A stretch of 64,000 nt of DNA from Octopus vulgaris. Lineage: Eukaryota. The notes under the pieces were generated by a model, which worked only from the letters and a program-made list of their open reading frames with translations, did not search any database and had not been told where the DNA came from. The stretch lies in assembly GCA_951406725.2 (NCBI GenBank), contig OX597817.1, positions 132,494,001-132,558,000 of the forward strand, given 5' to 3'. Below are positions 41,291-55,699 of the stretch, in pieces; positions within the stretch are counted from its first letter, which is position 1, and every line of letters begins with the position of its first letter. A program made the position numbers and the translations under genes.

Positions 41291-41598
41291 TTTATTTTAA
41301 GCAGCAGAAAATTCAACAAAATCTGTTACTCTGAGTTTCTCGTTGCCGTTCATCAGACAGTTTTTGCTAGAATGGAACTTATATATTAATTCAATCTATA
41401 CTCTTACAAACGCTACACCTTTAATTGAATTAATATATAAGTTCCATTCTAGCAAAAACTGTCTGATGAACGGCAACGAGAAACTCAGAGTAACAGATTT
41501 TGTTGAATTTTCTGCTGCTTAAAATAAAGCATATTACTCTACCACTGGTATTTGAGTACTCTTTTTTCCACCTTGTTTCACATTTATGTGTTTACTCC

Positions 41599-41600
<2 letters not shown>
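41290..41600. mobile_element. Perfect palindromic PLE-type mini-element with intact hammerhead cores
   Basis: 41290-41395 is the exact reverse complement of 41424-41529 (~106 bp, 28-nt loop); the right arm continues to TACTCCGG then (TA)n. Confidence 0.85.
41459..41496 (+). ncRNA. Minimal type-I hammerhead ribozyme (mirror copy 41323-41360, minus)
   Basis: CTGT-CTGATGA-ACG-GCAA-CGA-GAAA-CTCAGA-GTA-ACAG: canonical CUGAUGA and GAAA, GNRA-capped stem II, GUA cleavage triplet. Confidence 0.75.
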
Positions 41601-41653
<53 letters not shown>

Positions 41654-41708
41654 ATCAATATATGTATAGATATATATTTTTACATAAACCAAATCGTGTT
41701 GAACTCCA

Positions 41709-41773
<65 letters not shown>

Positions 41774-42175
41774 GTGTGTGTGTGTGTGTGTGTGTGTGAC
41801 TGTGCATGTTTAAATATGAGGTTCCAAACATACCGATATGATGATGTCTGAAATTTCGTTGAATATACCCCTACCGCCACTGTAAGTGTCATATAATTTC
41901 TAGTCATGCATTAATTCCGAGTTCATAAGTATCTCTGTAATGCATCTTCGGTGACAATGGAATTCTAATAGAGGACAATACTGCCTTCTGACCATCTCGT
42001 TGAATTCGAATTGTTTCAAAATTATTCTCTGCATGAAACGTTCCAGATTTAAATTAATATCTTCTCTGTTTTGAACAAATGTATTTTTGTGAATATTTCT
42101 ACAGCAACAGATTCGCTTCTGATCTTCAAGTTTTTTCCTCGTGATTTTGAATCTTAAACCAAAAGTTAGCAAATA

Positions 42176-42306
42176 TAGGCGCAGGTGTGGTTGCGTGGTA
42201 AGAAGTTCGCTTCCCAACCACATGGCTCCGGGTTCCCTAGCCCCGACCTGACCAAAGCCATGTGAATGGATTTGGTAGACGGAAACTGAAAGAAGCTTGC
42301 CACACA

Positions 42307-42344
<38 letters not shown>

Positions 42345-42555
42345 TGCGTTTGTTCCCCAAAACCATTTGATAACCGGTGTTTGTGTGTTTTCACTCCTGT
42401 AATTTAGAAGTTCAGTAGAAGAGACCAATATTATAATTTCCAGACTTTAAAAAAAATAAGTACTAAAGTCGATTCATTCGAGTAAAAGGAAATTCTTCAA
42501 GGTGGTGGTGCAGCATGGCCACATTCTAAGACTGAAGCAAGTAAAAGATAAAAAC
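42176..42555 (+). mobile_element. SINE family A
   Basis: Head and tail match 24100-24668. Confidence 0.8.
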
Positions 42556-43231
42556 GAGAAAGATATCTTTAACACATTTGAAGTGTTAGAATTTAGAACT
42601 GGAATTGAACGTGTTGTCTATCTAAGAATAGAGAAGATAATTTGAAAATAAAAACCACACAAGAGACGCTATTCAAATATTCTTAAAGATTAGATTGAAA
42701 ATCCGGATTAATATTGTATAAACAGCATTTTCCTTGTTGTCGGAAGAGAATTTCTCTGCAAGTTTCAAGTACGGATTAAATTGCAGATTAAATTTACGAT
42801 GTTACTATTTTCCTGACAAACAGAATTTGGACGTTTTAAGAGATAAAAACCTAATCTTAATTCTTGTACAAAAAATAAATTATATAAGGAATTATAGAGT
42901 ATACAAGTAAATATGATTCGCAGTAAGTTGAGTTTTATTTTAATTTTTTGTAAGTGTATATGTTTGTTTTTGTTGTTTCGTTGCTTATTGATTTTCTTTT
43001 TTGTTTTACACACCTTGATGTTTCGCGGGATTGTAAGCTCTCACTTTAGGTGTATATTCCTGTAATCGGATATTTTTATCAACTTTATATTTTCTCACAT
43101 CTCACGATCGTTTGTTCTTCCGGTCATACATTGTATTTTCTTTTCTTTTTTTGCTCGTTTCTTTCATTAGACTGCGGCCATGTTTCAGCTCGAAGAATTT
43201 TAGTCAAATGAATTAATCTCAGGGCTTATGA

Positions 43232-43282
<51 letters not shown>

Positions 43283-43284
43283 GC

Positions 43285-43324
<40 letters not shown>

Positions 43325-43674
43325 TAGAGAGAGACTGATTTCATCGGAATCGCTAAGACACTGGGATGGAAACACACCAACACCAGTTGTCAAGTTTTAC
43401 TGGGTTCTAACACCACGTTATTTGGTATCATTATGCCTAAATGAAAATCATGATTATGCACGCATGCACGCACGCACACACACAAACACACACATACACA
43501 TACACACACACACACGTCTGGTATGTGTTGTGTACCGCTTCTGATAAATGAAAAAAATGTAAATAAACAACGACATATAAATAACGTATACGAATAAAAC
43601 ACAGCGGGTCCCTAATTCTTCATCAGTTGTCAACGAGAATGTTAGCACTCATTTTTGTATATATATATATATTG

Positions 43675-43930
43675 TAGTTTCAGCTCAGAGCTGTGGCCAT
43701 GCTGAGGGACCGCCGTTTTGCTACACTGTTATTATTGAGAGCCTCCTCTAATATGTGGCATTTGGTGAATAAGGTAGTTTGATGTCGCTAAACTTATTTG
43801 CACCTCTTGCCGCGAGGTAGGTTCATCTGGGACTCCCGACAGGAAGAGGTCAAGTTTTGATTTGAAAACACCTACATCCACTTTGTTCAGGTTCTTCAGG
43901 GTCTTTGGGAGAATATTAACAAGCTGTTAA
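43675..43930 (-). mobile_element. CR1-like LINE 3' terminus
   Basis: Minus strand has NILPKDPEE..FK..PDEPT-like residues and ends GGCGGTCCCTCAGCATGGCCACAGCTCTGAGCTGAAAC. Confidence 0.65.
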
Positions 43931-44104
43931 AAACAGCAAGTTAGCAGAATCCTTAGGGAAAATGCTTTGCGCCATTTCGTACGTCTATAGGTTCTTGAGA
44001 TAAAATTCTGTCGAAGTAGACACTGCCTCTAATCCTTTCCGAGACGATAAAATAATTATCAGATGATCATTCTGTCTATGATGACTTGGGAAATATATTT
44101 GAAA

Positions 44105-45274
<1,170 letters not shown>

Positions 45275-45437
45275 TTAAAATTCTCCTCTTATTTTCGTTC
45301 GTTCATCATTGTAAATTCTTTTCATATTTCCTTTCATACGATTGCGAGCGTCTCTATACAGATGTCATCGACTTAGCACTCTCTTAAAATTGCTGGTTCT
45401 GAATCAAAATCTGGGACCAATATAAATATCCTGTTTA

Positions 45438-46005
45438 ATGCGGCGACTGGCAAAATCGGTAGCACGCCGGGCGAAATGCTTAGCGGTATTTCATCTGACG
45501 TTAGGTTCTGAGTTCAAATTCCGCCGAGGTCGACTTTGCCTTTCATCCTTTCGGGGTAGATTAAATAAGTACCAGTTAAGCACTGGATTCGATGTAATAG
45601 ACTTAATCCGTTTGTCTGTCCTTGCTTGTCCTATTTGTGTTTAGCCCTTTGTGGGTAGTAAAGAAATAGGTATTTCGTCTGCCGCTACGTTCTGAGTTCA
45701 AATTTCCCCGAGGTCGACTTTGCCTTTCATCCTTTCGGAGTCGATTAAAAAAGTACCAGTTATGCACTAGGGTCGATATAATCAACTTAATCCGTATGTC
45801 TTTCCTTGTTTGTCCCCTCTGTATGTAGCCCCTTGTGAGCAGTAAAGAAACAGGTATTTCACCCGTCTTTATCTTCTGAGGTTTACTCTGCCTTTCATTC
45901 TTTTAGAGTCAACAAAATAAGTACCAGTTGTACAATTGGGGGTCGATCTAATCGACTTAACCCTCCAGCTAAAACTGCTGGCCTTGTACCAAAATTTGAA
46001 GTCGT
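45438..46005 (+). mobile_element. SINE family B, tandem three-unit array
   Basis: Three successive TTCTGAG..GCCTTTCAT..AAGTACCAGTT units. Confidence 0.8.
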
Positions 46006-46014
46006 TATAAATCA

Positions 46015-46277
46015 ATGCTCTTTTACCCTTTCACTTGTTTCAGTTATTTGACAGCGGCCATGCTGGAGCTCCACCTTTTAGTCGAATAAATTGATCCCAG
46101 GTGTTATTCTTTGTAAGTCTAGTACTTATTCAACCGGTTTCGTTTGCCGAACCGCTAAATTACACGGACGTAAACACACCGACATCGGTTGTCAATCGAT
46201 GGTGGGGGGACAAACACAGACAGAAATACACACACACGTACGTATGTATGTATATATATATATGTATGTATATATGC

Positions 46278-46352
<75 letters not shown>

Positions 46353-46470
46353 ACGGATTTCTTTCAGCTTCTAACTAATCCACTCACAAGGCTTTGGTCT
46401 GCCCGAGACTATAGTAGAAGACACTTGCCCATGGTGCCACGCAGTGGGCTGAATCCGGAACCATGTGGTT
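46015..46470 (-). mobile_element. SINE family A
   Basis: Reverse complement of the family A consensus with internal (TA)n. Confidence 0.8.
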
Positions 46471-47020
46471 TAATTTTGAATAGACAGGAGCGGAAAGAGG
46501 TTTCTTAATTGCTATACAAACTCGGCCTCAATTATATTTTTCTATTGTTTAATTTACTTATTCTAGATTAAGCAGCAAGAATCACCCTTGGAAGAATTCA
46601 TTGTTCAAATAGAATATGATTGAAAATGTCAATGAGTAATGTTTTACATTTTGTAGAGAAAGCGAGTAATGTTTGGTATAAAATTTAAGTTGACACCAAC
46701 AAATTGCAATATGGAAGGCATTTGTATGGAAACAATAACAGTCTTTGGAAAGAAAATAGGAAGAGAATTTACAATGATGAACAAACGAAAATAAGAAGAG
46801 AAATTCAAATAGGAAATATATTTCCCAAGTTTAATGCAATGAGGAATTGGAAGCCAAAAATTGAAAATAGAAAGGATCTGTTATAGAATGATGTTAAATG
46901 ACTTTGAATAAATTCATGATTCTTGCTGTCGGAAGCAATATCGAATAATAGACTAATGAAAAAGGTCATAAAAACAGAATGTGATTTAACATATATATAT
47001 ATATATACATATATACACGC

Positions 47021-47055
<35 letters not shown>

Positions 47056-47190
47056 ATAGGCTAAAACGACGAGAGACAGAAAATTATGACAAAAATAAAA
47101 ATAAGGAACCTGTGTATTCTGCGTATCTTGATTTTAATAATTCTTAATGAAATTTCCAGAAAGAAAATATTTCAATAAAAATAGTCAATG

Positions 47191-47292
<102 letters not shown>

Positions 47293-47880
47293 TTTGATAG
47301 TATTGAATTGCTAATTCAGTGTATGATATTTTGTGAAATGATAACCGACTGGCAAAAATAAGAAACATCTGAAGATTGTTTGCATATCGGAGATGACGAC
47401 ATTTTTATATTAATTTACGTTATTTGTCAGTTTTATATATGAAAGTCGGCCGTCTTTATTTGTTTCTGATGTATTTCTTGCGGTTTATTTTGTTGGTTGT
47501 CTTTAATATATAACATTAACGTTACGTTTCTGTGGCATACAAATCGAATTCACTCGCAGTTTGTCAAATCCACTTAAATTCCATAAAATAAATGAGTTAA
47601 TTTTAGAGAAGCAAATATAGATTAGTGAGGAAAGAGGAAGAAGAAAACAAGCAAAACAATGGAAAAAAAATCAAAGAAAAAACATCAAGACAGAGTTAAA
47701 ACCATAAAAAAAATAACTGTAAGAACAGGAATAAAAATTGAAAACAACAACTGTAATAATAAAAACGAAAATTTTAATAATAATGAAAATTGTAATAATA
47801 ATAATAATAAGAAGAAGAATAACACTAGTACTACTAATATTAATAATATTGTTAATAATGGTAAAATATAATAATAATGC

Positions 47881-47928
<48 letters not shown>

Positions 47929-48549
47929 CAACAACAACAACAACAACAACAATAATAACAATAATAAGCATAATAACGAAAATTGAATTTATAAGAACGT
48001 ATAAAGTATTTAAAACAATAGGATTAAAGAAAATATTGATGAGAAACATTCTGCATAAATTAAAATGCCCGTGTGTATATATTTACATATGTGTGTGTGT
48101 GCGTGCGTGTTTATCGGCACATTTGTGTTATATATGAATTTGTATACCTGTGTATATGCGTATGTACATATGTACACTCACAAATATAGATAAATTCTAC
48201 GTATGTGTATATATGTGTGTGTCTATACACATGTACATAGGTGTATACATACATAGATACATATATATGTATATATGCATATGTATGTGTGTGTGTGTTT
48301 GTGTGTATGTATATATGTCTATATCTTTGTATGTTTATACGGGTGTGTATGTGTGTGTGTGTATGTGTGTGTGTACTCACAGAATTAATTCAGTCGATGT
48401 CAAGCAAGGTTAGAAGAAGAAAAATATTTATGAGATAAAATAACGAATCATAGAAAAATTCGTGATGTACGATTCTTTACAAAGGGCAAAACAACGACAC
48501 CACCACCAACAACAACAACAACAACGACGGCGACAACAACAACAACAAC

Positions 48550-48621
<72 letters not shown>

Positions 48622-49269
48622 TAATAATAATAGTATAAGCCGCTTTTGTTTCAGCATGATACTTAATATTGCTGACAGCTTGGTGAGTAAAAAGGAAGTA
48701 GCTTGCTAATTAAGAGTTTTCATGTATTATTATTATTATTATTATTATTATTTTTATCATCATAATCATCATTATTATTACCTCTCCTTTGTTTTATTTA
48801 TAACGGACAGGTGGCCAAAATAAGAGTTGGTTCCTCAAGTTCTATGATTTTTCTGCAGAAGTTATATCGAAAAAAAAAAAGACGAAAGTTCCTTGCTTTT
48901 ATTTTGTCCTTCATTCGTTCGTTCTCAAATCTATGTTTTTGCTTTTTTCTAAAGCCCCCCCCCCCCCAACCACCAGCCGCTCGGTAATTTCATATTCTTT
49001 TGTACAAATGATCACACATATATCTACATTTTCATATACGTGTGTGTATGTTCCATGCATTTACATATGTGTATGATGTATGTGCACGCGCTCACACACA
49101 CACACACACACACACATACGCACACACACACGCATACTCACACACACACACACACACATATATGCATAAATGTTTGTATATGTATATGTACATACGTAGC
49201 ATTTTATGAATTAAATAATATCTAATGTATATAGATATAATAGTAGACAGATATAGTTATATATGTATG

Positions 49270-49350
<81 letters not shown>

Positions 49351-49435
49351 TTATACATGCACACACATATATATTATGCATTAAATAATATATAATGCAT
49401 ATACAGATAATAGTAGACAGATATAGTTACATATG

Positions 49436-49484
<49 letters not shown>

Positions 49485-49589
49485 TCATATATACATGTAC
49501 ATATATCTACACACAAATATATATGTGTGTGTATATATATACATATATACATATATTCATATATATATGTATATATGTACATATATATA

Positions 49590-49626
<37 letters not shown>

Positions 49627-49662
49627 GGAAAACATACATATGTGTATATATTTAATATTGTA

Positions 49663-49697
<35 letters not shown>

Positions 49698-49710
49698 CTG
49701 TCTCTCTCTC

Positions 49711-49754
<44 letters not shown>

Positions 49755-50649
49755 GATACATATGTGTGTGTGTGTATGAAGAAAGAGATTAATACACAAA
49801 ATGAACAAATTGTAGACGCTCATTCACAAACACACTCGCTCACGCCTATGCACGCACGCACGCACAGCACGAAGACGGACGTGCGCGAGCGCAAAGGCAC
49901 TCACGTATATTTCTTTTCGTTGTCTTGTTAAATTCTCTCTACCTCAACAGAGTAAATAACCTCTGATTTATCACGGAAAATCTAAATTGTTTTCCGGCAA
50001 TAAATAGATGAATATTGTGACAACAGTAGCGAAGAGAGAAAGACGATGGAAGAGAGACTGGAGCAGAGAGAGAGAGATAGAGAGAGAGAGTGAGAGAGAG
50101 AGAAAGAGAGAGCTAGAGACGGAGAGACGTTTGCAATGACAGACGGCTATAAGTGATTATGTTTTATATATTTTTCCTTTTGTTTTTATTTTCCTATGGA
50201 ATATATATTTCCTCAATGCTTCGAAATTTCTTTTGCTCAAATATTCTTTTATATTAAATCTGAAAAACAACAACGTCAAATAAATATGAAAATGGCTTTA
50301 ACTGGTGCTTAATACCTGAATATTTATTTCATAGCTTAATCCTCACTTTTAGAGTCGAACTTTTAAAGAAAATTCTTTATTTATTACAGTTCCGAACGAA
50401 AATGATATTGTTTCTAATTCTGTGTGTGTTGCGCAAATGTTACCAGTGAAAACGAAGGAATTTTAGAAGAGGATAAACACACAAGTTTTATGTGAGATTT
50501 GAAGCAGGAAATGGATAACAATTTGATTTTTCGAGAATAAAAGTGAGGTAAAAAGATCTTTATTTTCCCAAACATCCACATTTAAACACAGGCCCACACA
50601 AGTGCACTCACTCACATGTTCATGAATTCGTATACAAACGTTTATATAT

Positions 50650-51020
50650 TTATTTTTCTATTGTCCACAGGGGGATAAACATAGAGGAGACAAACAAGGG
50701 TAGACAAAGTGATTAAGTCGATTACATCGACTCCAGTGCGTAACTGGTACTTAGTTAATCGACCCCGAAAGGATGAAAGGCAAAGTTGACCTTGAAAGGA
50801 AGAAAGGCAAATTTGTACTCAGAACGTAACGGAAGACGAAATACTGCTAAGAATTTTGCACGACATGATAACGATTCTGCCAGCTCGCCGTCTTTTACTA
50901 ATAAATATTCTTTTCTACTCTAAGCACAAGGCCCCAAATTTGGGGGAGGGAGCCAGTCGATTAGATCGATCTCAGTACGCAACTGGTATTTAATTTATCG
51001 ACCCTAAAAGTATGAAATAC
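50650..51020 (-). mobile_element. SINE family B units
   Basis: Matches 8805-9040 and 35860-35990. Confidence 0.75.
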
Positions 51021-51074
51021 AAATGAGATAACATTCAATAGTGTAGTTCCGCTTGTTAGTAAAGAGCAGTTCTC

Positions 51075-51460
51075 AGCATAATAGCTCTTTAGGATACTGA
51101 CTTTTCAGGCTGCAAAACCGACTTACTTTATATAAATATTCCGGGTTCAGTTCCACTGTGTGCCACCTTCTACAAGTGTCTTCTACTATAGCCTCGAACC
51201 GACCAAAGCCTTGTAAGTGGATTTGGTAGACGGAAACTGAATGAAGCCTGTCGTATATATGCATATGCACATGTGTGTATATTTGTGTGTCTGTGTTTGC
51301 CCCCTCCCCTCGTTTGTTTACGTCCCTGTAACTTAGAATTTCGGCAAAAGAGACCGATAAAATAATTACTAGGCTTACAAGAATAAGTCCTGGGGTCGAT
51401 TTGTTCGACTAAAAGCGGTGCAGTTAAATGACTGAAACAAATAAAAGAATAAAAGAATGT
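51075..51460 (+). mobile_element. SINE family A
   Basis: CCGGGTTCAGTTCCACTG..CTTCTACTATAGCCTCG..GACTGAAACAAATAAAAG. Confidence 0.8.
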
Positions 51461-51540
51461 ATATGTATATTTGTGTGCGCGCGTGTGTGTGCGCGCGCGT
51501 GCGTGTGATGTGTGTGTATGTGTGCTCATGTGTGTGTATA

Positions 51541-51568
<28 letters not shown>

Positions 51569-51573
<5 letters not shown>

Positions 51574-51797
51574 CGGAAGAAAAACAGGTACCCGCCACCA
51601 ATGAAAAGTGCATTCGACGGAAAGAAAAATGAGTAACGCCGACAGAGAGCTCCTTCAAACGCAGTCGCTGTACGCGTGACTGCCTCTCACGCGTCGCCTG
51701 TGCAGTCACAAAAACACACTGCACAACCATCTGCAGCTGACACGATTTCTTTGGACGCAGATCCATGGCCTCTCGAAACCGACACACGCCTACTACA
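51569..51797. mobile_element. Candidate solo LTR
   Basis: GC-rich 229-bp block with TGTAG...CTACA inverted termini between (TG)n and (TA)n. Confidence 0.4.
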
Positions 51798-51811
51798 TAT
51801 ATATATATATG

Positions 51812-52245
<434 letters not shown>

Positions 52246-52261
52246 ATATAAACTTACTTTG

Positions 52262-52745
52262 ATAGATCTCCACCAGTATTGGCTCAGGCCATGCCTAACT
52301 TAATAGCATCACCTGGCAAAGTCTGTCCAAATCAGCAATCGGTCAACATAGCCCACTCGAAGAGAGAGTTGTTGCTTATGGAGACATATCCGGTTGTAGG
52401 AGGTTTATCTGGGATTTTTTGAAAGAATTTCTCCAAAGACTTCTTGAACTTTATGAGGTCTGTTTCTGCTTTAATGTGTTTTGGTGTAATGTTAAAGAGA
52501 GCGGGGTCAATTGAGGTGAAAAAATTGTGCCTTATTGTTATGTGATAAGAGTGTGATTTATGTTATGGGCCCAAATCTTGGGTGTATCTTGAAAAGGTGA
52601 TGCCAACATCATTTGGGCAACTCTGATGGAATATTTTCCTCATCATAAATAAAGAGAGAATAAAGGTTGAGCTTTTCAAGTCGACCCCAGTAGTCAAAGC
52701 CTGTCATGCCATTTATCTTTTTTGTAATTAACCTTTGAAGTGTTT
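52262..52745 (-). mobile_element. CR1-like LINE 3' fragment
   Basis: IRHNFFTSIDPALFNITPKHIKAETDLIKFKKSLEKFFQKIPDKPPTTGY. Confidence 0.65.
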
Positions 52746-53073
52746 CAACTTTCATGGTACTTTGTTTCGTGTAGAGCGACCACAGTAGTATTCAAAATGG
52801 GGTCGGGCGAAAGTGGAGAATTGACGGGTAATTGTGTGGATATCTTACGACTGGAAAATTCTGAGAATCCAGTAATACACTCTGAGGGCGATGTCAGCTT
52901 TGCTGTTTATATGAGTGGCCCAGCTTATGTTGTTTTACACAATATATCGAGTCAAGTAATCCGGTAGTACTCATAAAAAGCTCCTTAATGTGTCACTGTA
53001 CAAACTGCGAAGTGCATTGTGACCAATGATATATAGCAATATCCGATAGTCTGGTCGGTCACGTGATATGTGT

Positions 53074-53140
<67 letters not shown>

Positions 53141-53336
53141 TCGCCATGATAGATCGTTAGCCACTACACACATTTTTTCTCTCCTTGTTTCTCTCGTTTT
53201 TTTTCTGTGTCCCTTTCTGTAGAAGAGCGTAGGCTCGAAACATAGAAGACTTTCTATTCCTGAGCGTTATACCAATACATCTGTTTGTTTTGTACACCAC
53301 CTGTCTTCGTCTTTCGTTGTTTTCGTAAACTCTCCC

Positions 53337-53399
<63 letters not shown>

Positions 53400-53611
53400 G
53401 TATGTATATATGTATGTATGTATGTATGTTTGTATGTATGTATGTATTTATGTATGTATGTATGTATGCATGTATGTATGCATATATATATATGTATATG
53501 TATGTGTATATAAGGTATATACATACTTTTGAATTATGAAACAAATTTCCCGCGATATTCGGATTTCTTGTTAAATAAAGATTCATGTATTACATATATA
53601 TATATATATAT

Positions 53612-53795
53612 ATAAAGTTAATCCAAACATGAAAACACAAAGAGAAAACGCAAATACGCGAGGACGTGGAACAAATATAGTATTATTAGACGCTCAGGAA
53701 GGAAGGGAAGAAGGACGGTATAACGTTTCGAGCGGAGCTCTTCGTCGGGAACATAGAAGGAAAGATCCAGAGAAGGGAAGACAGAGGAAAAAATA
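53612..53795 (-). mobile_element. PLE-type 3' end with hammerhead-like motif at 53719-53755
   Basis: Minus strand CCGACGAA-GAGC-TCC-GCTC-GAAAC-GTT; TA flanks. Confidence 0.5.
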
Positions 53796-53828
53796 TATAT
53801 ATTATATACATACATACATATATCTAAT

Positions 53829-53865
<37 letters not shown>

Positions 53866-54391
53866 GTACACGTTCTTGTCCCATTTTGTATTATATAATG
53901 TAATAAATGAAAATTGGATTTAATATTGCAAAACGTACGTAGGACGGACACAGAAGGACCCTAAATGTTTCATCAGTTATCGACTGGTGAAGAATTAGGG
54001 TCCATCTGTCTAGCCTACGTGTACACTTTGTAGCATTTAATGTATTTTTAATTTATTGAGTAACTGAACGCCACGCATCTCGACTTTTGTTATATGTATA
54101 TACATATGTATGTATATGTATGTGTTTATATACGTGTAATTGTATGAGGGCTTATTGTGTATTTTGATAGTGTGTATACAGCTATCTGCTATCATTTACA
54201 TATCATATACACGAGGAAGTATAATATATTCAAATAAAAAGAAATGTTTAACTTGCAGATATACATTGTAAATGTGTGGCCCATAAATTAAGGTTGATCT
54301 TTATCACTTTAGTTCAGTGGTCCTTAACTCGGGTTCTTATGACCCTTGAGGGTTCATACAAAATTTTGTTGTTAAAATTTCTAAATTTATA

Positions 54392-54412
54392 AATGATCCT
54401 TCCGCAGGTTCG

Positions 54413-54448
<36 letters not shown>

Positions 54449-54478
54449 AGCGATCGAGTTCGGTCGTCTTCTCCGGGC
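54392..54478 (-). pseudogene. 18S rRNA 3'-terminal fragment
   Basis: Minus strand AGAGGAAGTAAAAGTCGTAACAAGGTTTCCGTAGGCGAACCTGCGGAAGGATCATT, the universal eukaryotic 18S end. Confidence 0.92.
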
Positions 54479-54754
54479 CATTAAGGTTGATCTTTGAAAA
54501 ACCACATCAAAAACTTTCATAAAATGAATTCACACGTGTGAAATATATGCAACACTCGTAAGGTGCTCTACATAAAGGTATACAATAACTGGCCATGCCA
54601 ACGTTGGTAAAGGAAAAAACGTTATTGCTTCTTTAGAATTTTCTTTGATTTTCATCGTCCACTCGCCAAAATCTCACCCTGCATTTTTATATACCCCCCT
54701 CTCTCTCTCTCTCTCTCTCTCTCCCTCATGCTTATTTCCTCTTTGTCTACATAG

Positions 54755-55148
54755 ACGAAGGTTTGGCTGTGTGCGAAAATATTTCCTTCCCAGTCACATG
54801 ATTCTGGGTTCAGTCGCACTGCGTGCCACTTTGGGCAAGTACCTTCTACTATAGCCTCGGGCTTACCAAAGCCTTGTGGGTGGATTCGATAGAGAGAAAC
54901 TGAAAGAAGTCTATCCTCTATATGTTTGTGTGTGCGTGTGTGCGTGTGTCCGTTTGCCCCCAACCACGGTTTCAGAACCGGAGTTGGTGTGCTTACGTTC
55001 CCGTAACGCAGCGGTTTCAGGAAAAGAATAGCTAGACTAAGTACCAGACTTCAAAACAGTTAGAATTGGGATCAAGTCACTCGACTAAGTACTCTTCAAG
55101 GCGGTGCCTCAGTATGGCCACGGTCTAGGCTGTGAAATAAGTAAAAAT
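54755..55148 (+). mobile_element. SINE family A
   Basis: Matches the family A consensus. Confidence 0.75.
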
Positions 55149-55214
55149 GCTGACCACATTCTATTTCGTGACGTCTATGTTACTCACTACTTCCACAACA
55201 ATATTGTTATCCAG

Positions 55215-55440
55215 AGGCGTCGAGCTGGCAGAGACGTTGGCACGCTGGGCGAAATGCTTGGCTCAATTTCGTCTGCCACTACATTCTAAGTTCAAATTCC
55301 GCCGAGGTCGGCTTTGCCTTTCATCTTTTTTTTTGGGGGGGGGGGGCGATAAATTAAGTACCAGCTGCGTACTGGGGTAGATTTAATCGACTGACCCCAT
55401 CCCCCAAACTTTCGGGCCTTGTGCCTAGAGTAGAAATGAA
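55215..55440 (+). mobile_element. SINE family B
   Basis: GGCGTCGAGCTGGCAGAGACGTTGGCACG head plus central domain. Confidence 0.8.
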
Positions 55441-55699
55441 TATTGGTGTCCAGAGAACCAATCATATTTGCCATGATAATCTGTCTGAATCAGTTTATTT
55501 CTCCCTCCTCCAGCATCTTGACTGATTCTGTAAACGACCTCAAACATGTTTCTTACCTGAAAACGAAACCTCCAATCACAAACCGGATTCTCCTCCCGCC
55601 ACAAGGCAGCCTGAAAACTGTTTGTGTTGGTCATAGAGTCTTCGTAGTTCTGTTCGTGATGTTGGTTTAGTTGAGCGTGAAGACAACGAACACTATAAG

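Noticed and set aside
41403-41412. CTTACAAACG at the centre of two palindromes (also 1071-1080)
   Set aside because: Only 10 bp; CTTACAAAC also occurs in the Helitron near 58346 and the motif is absent from other palindrome centres.
49203-49442. Local ~70-bp duplication (49203-49272 / 49374-49442)
   Set aside because: Ordinary slippage duplication within a TA field.
51170-51787. 205-aa minus ORF
   Set aside because: Runs through the LTR-like block, a microsatellite and SINE A; no domain signal.
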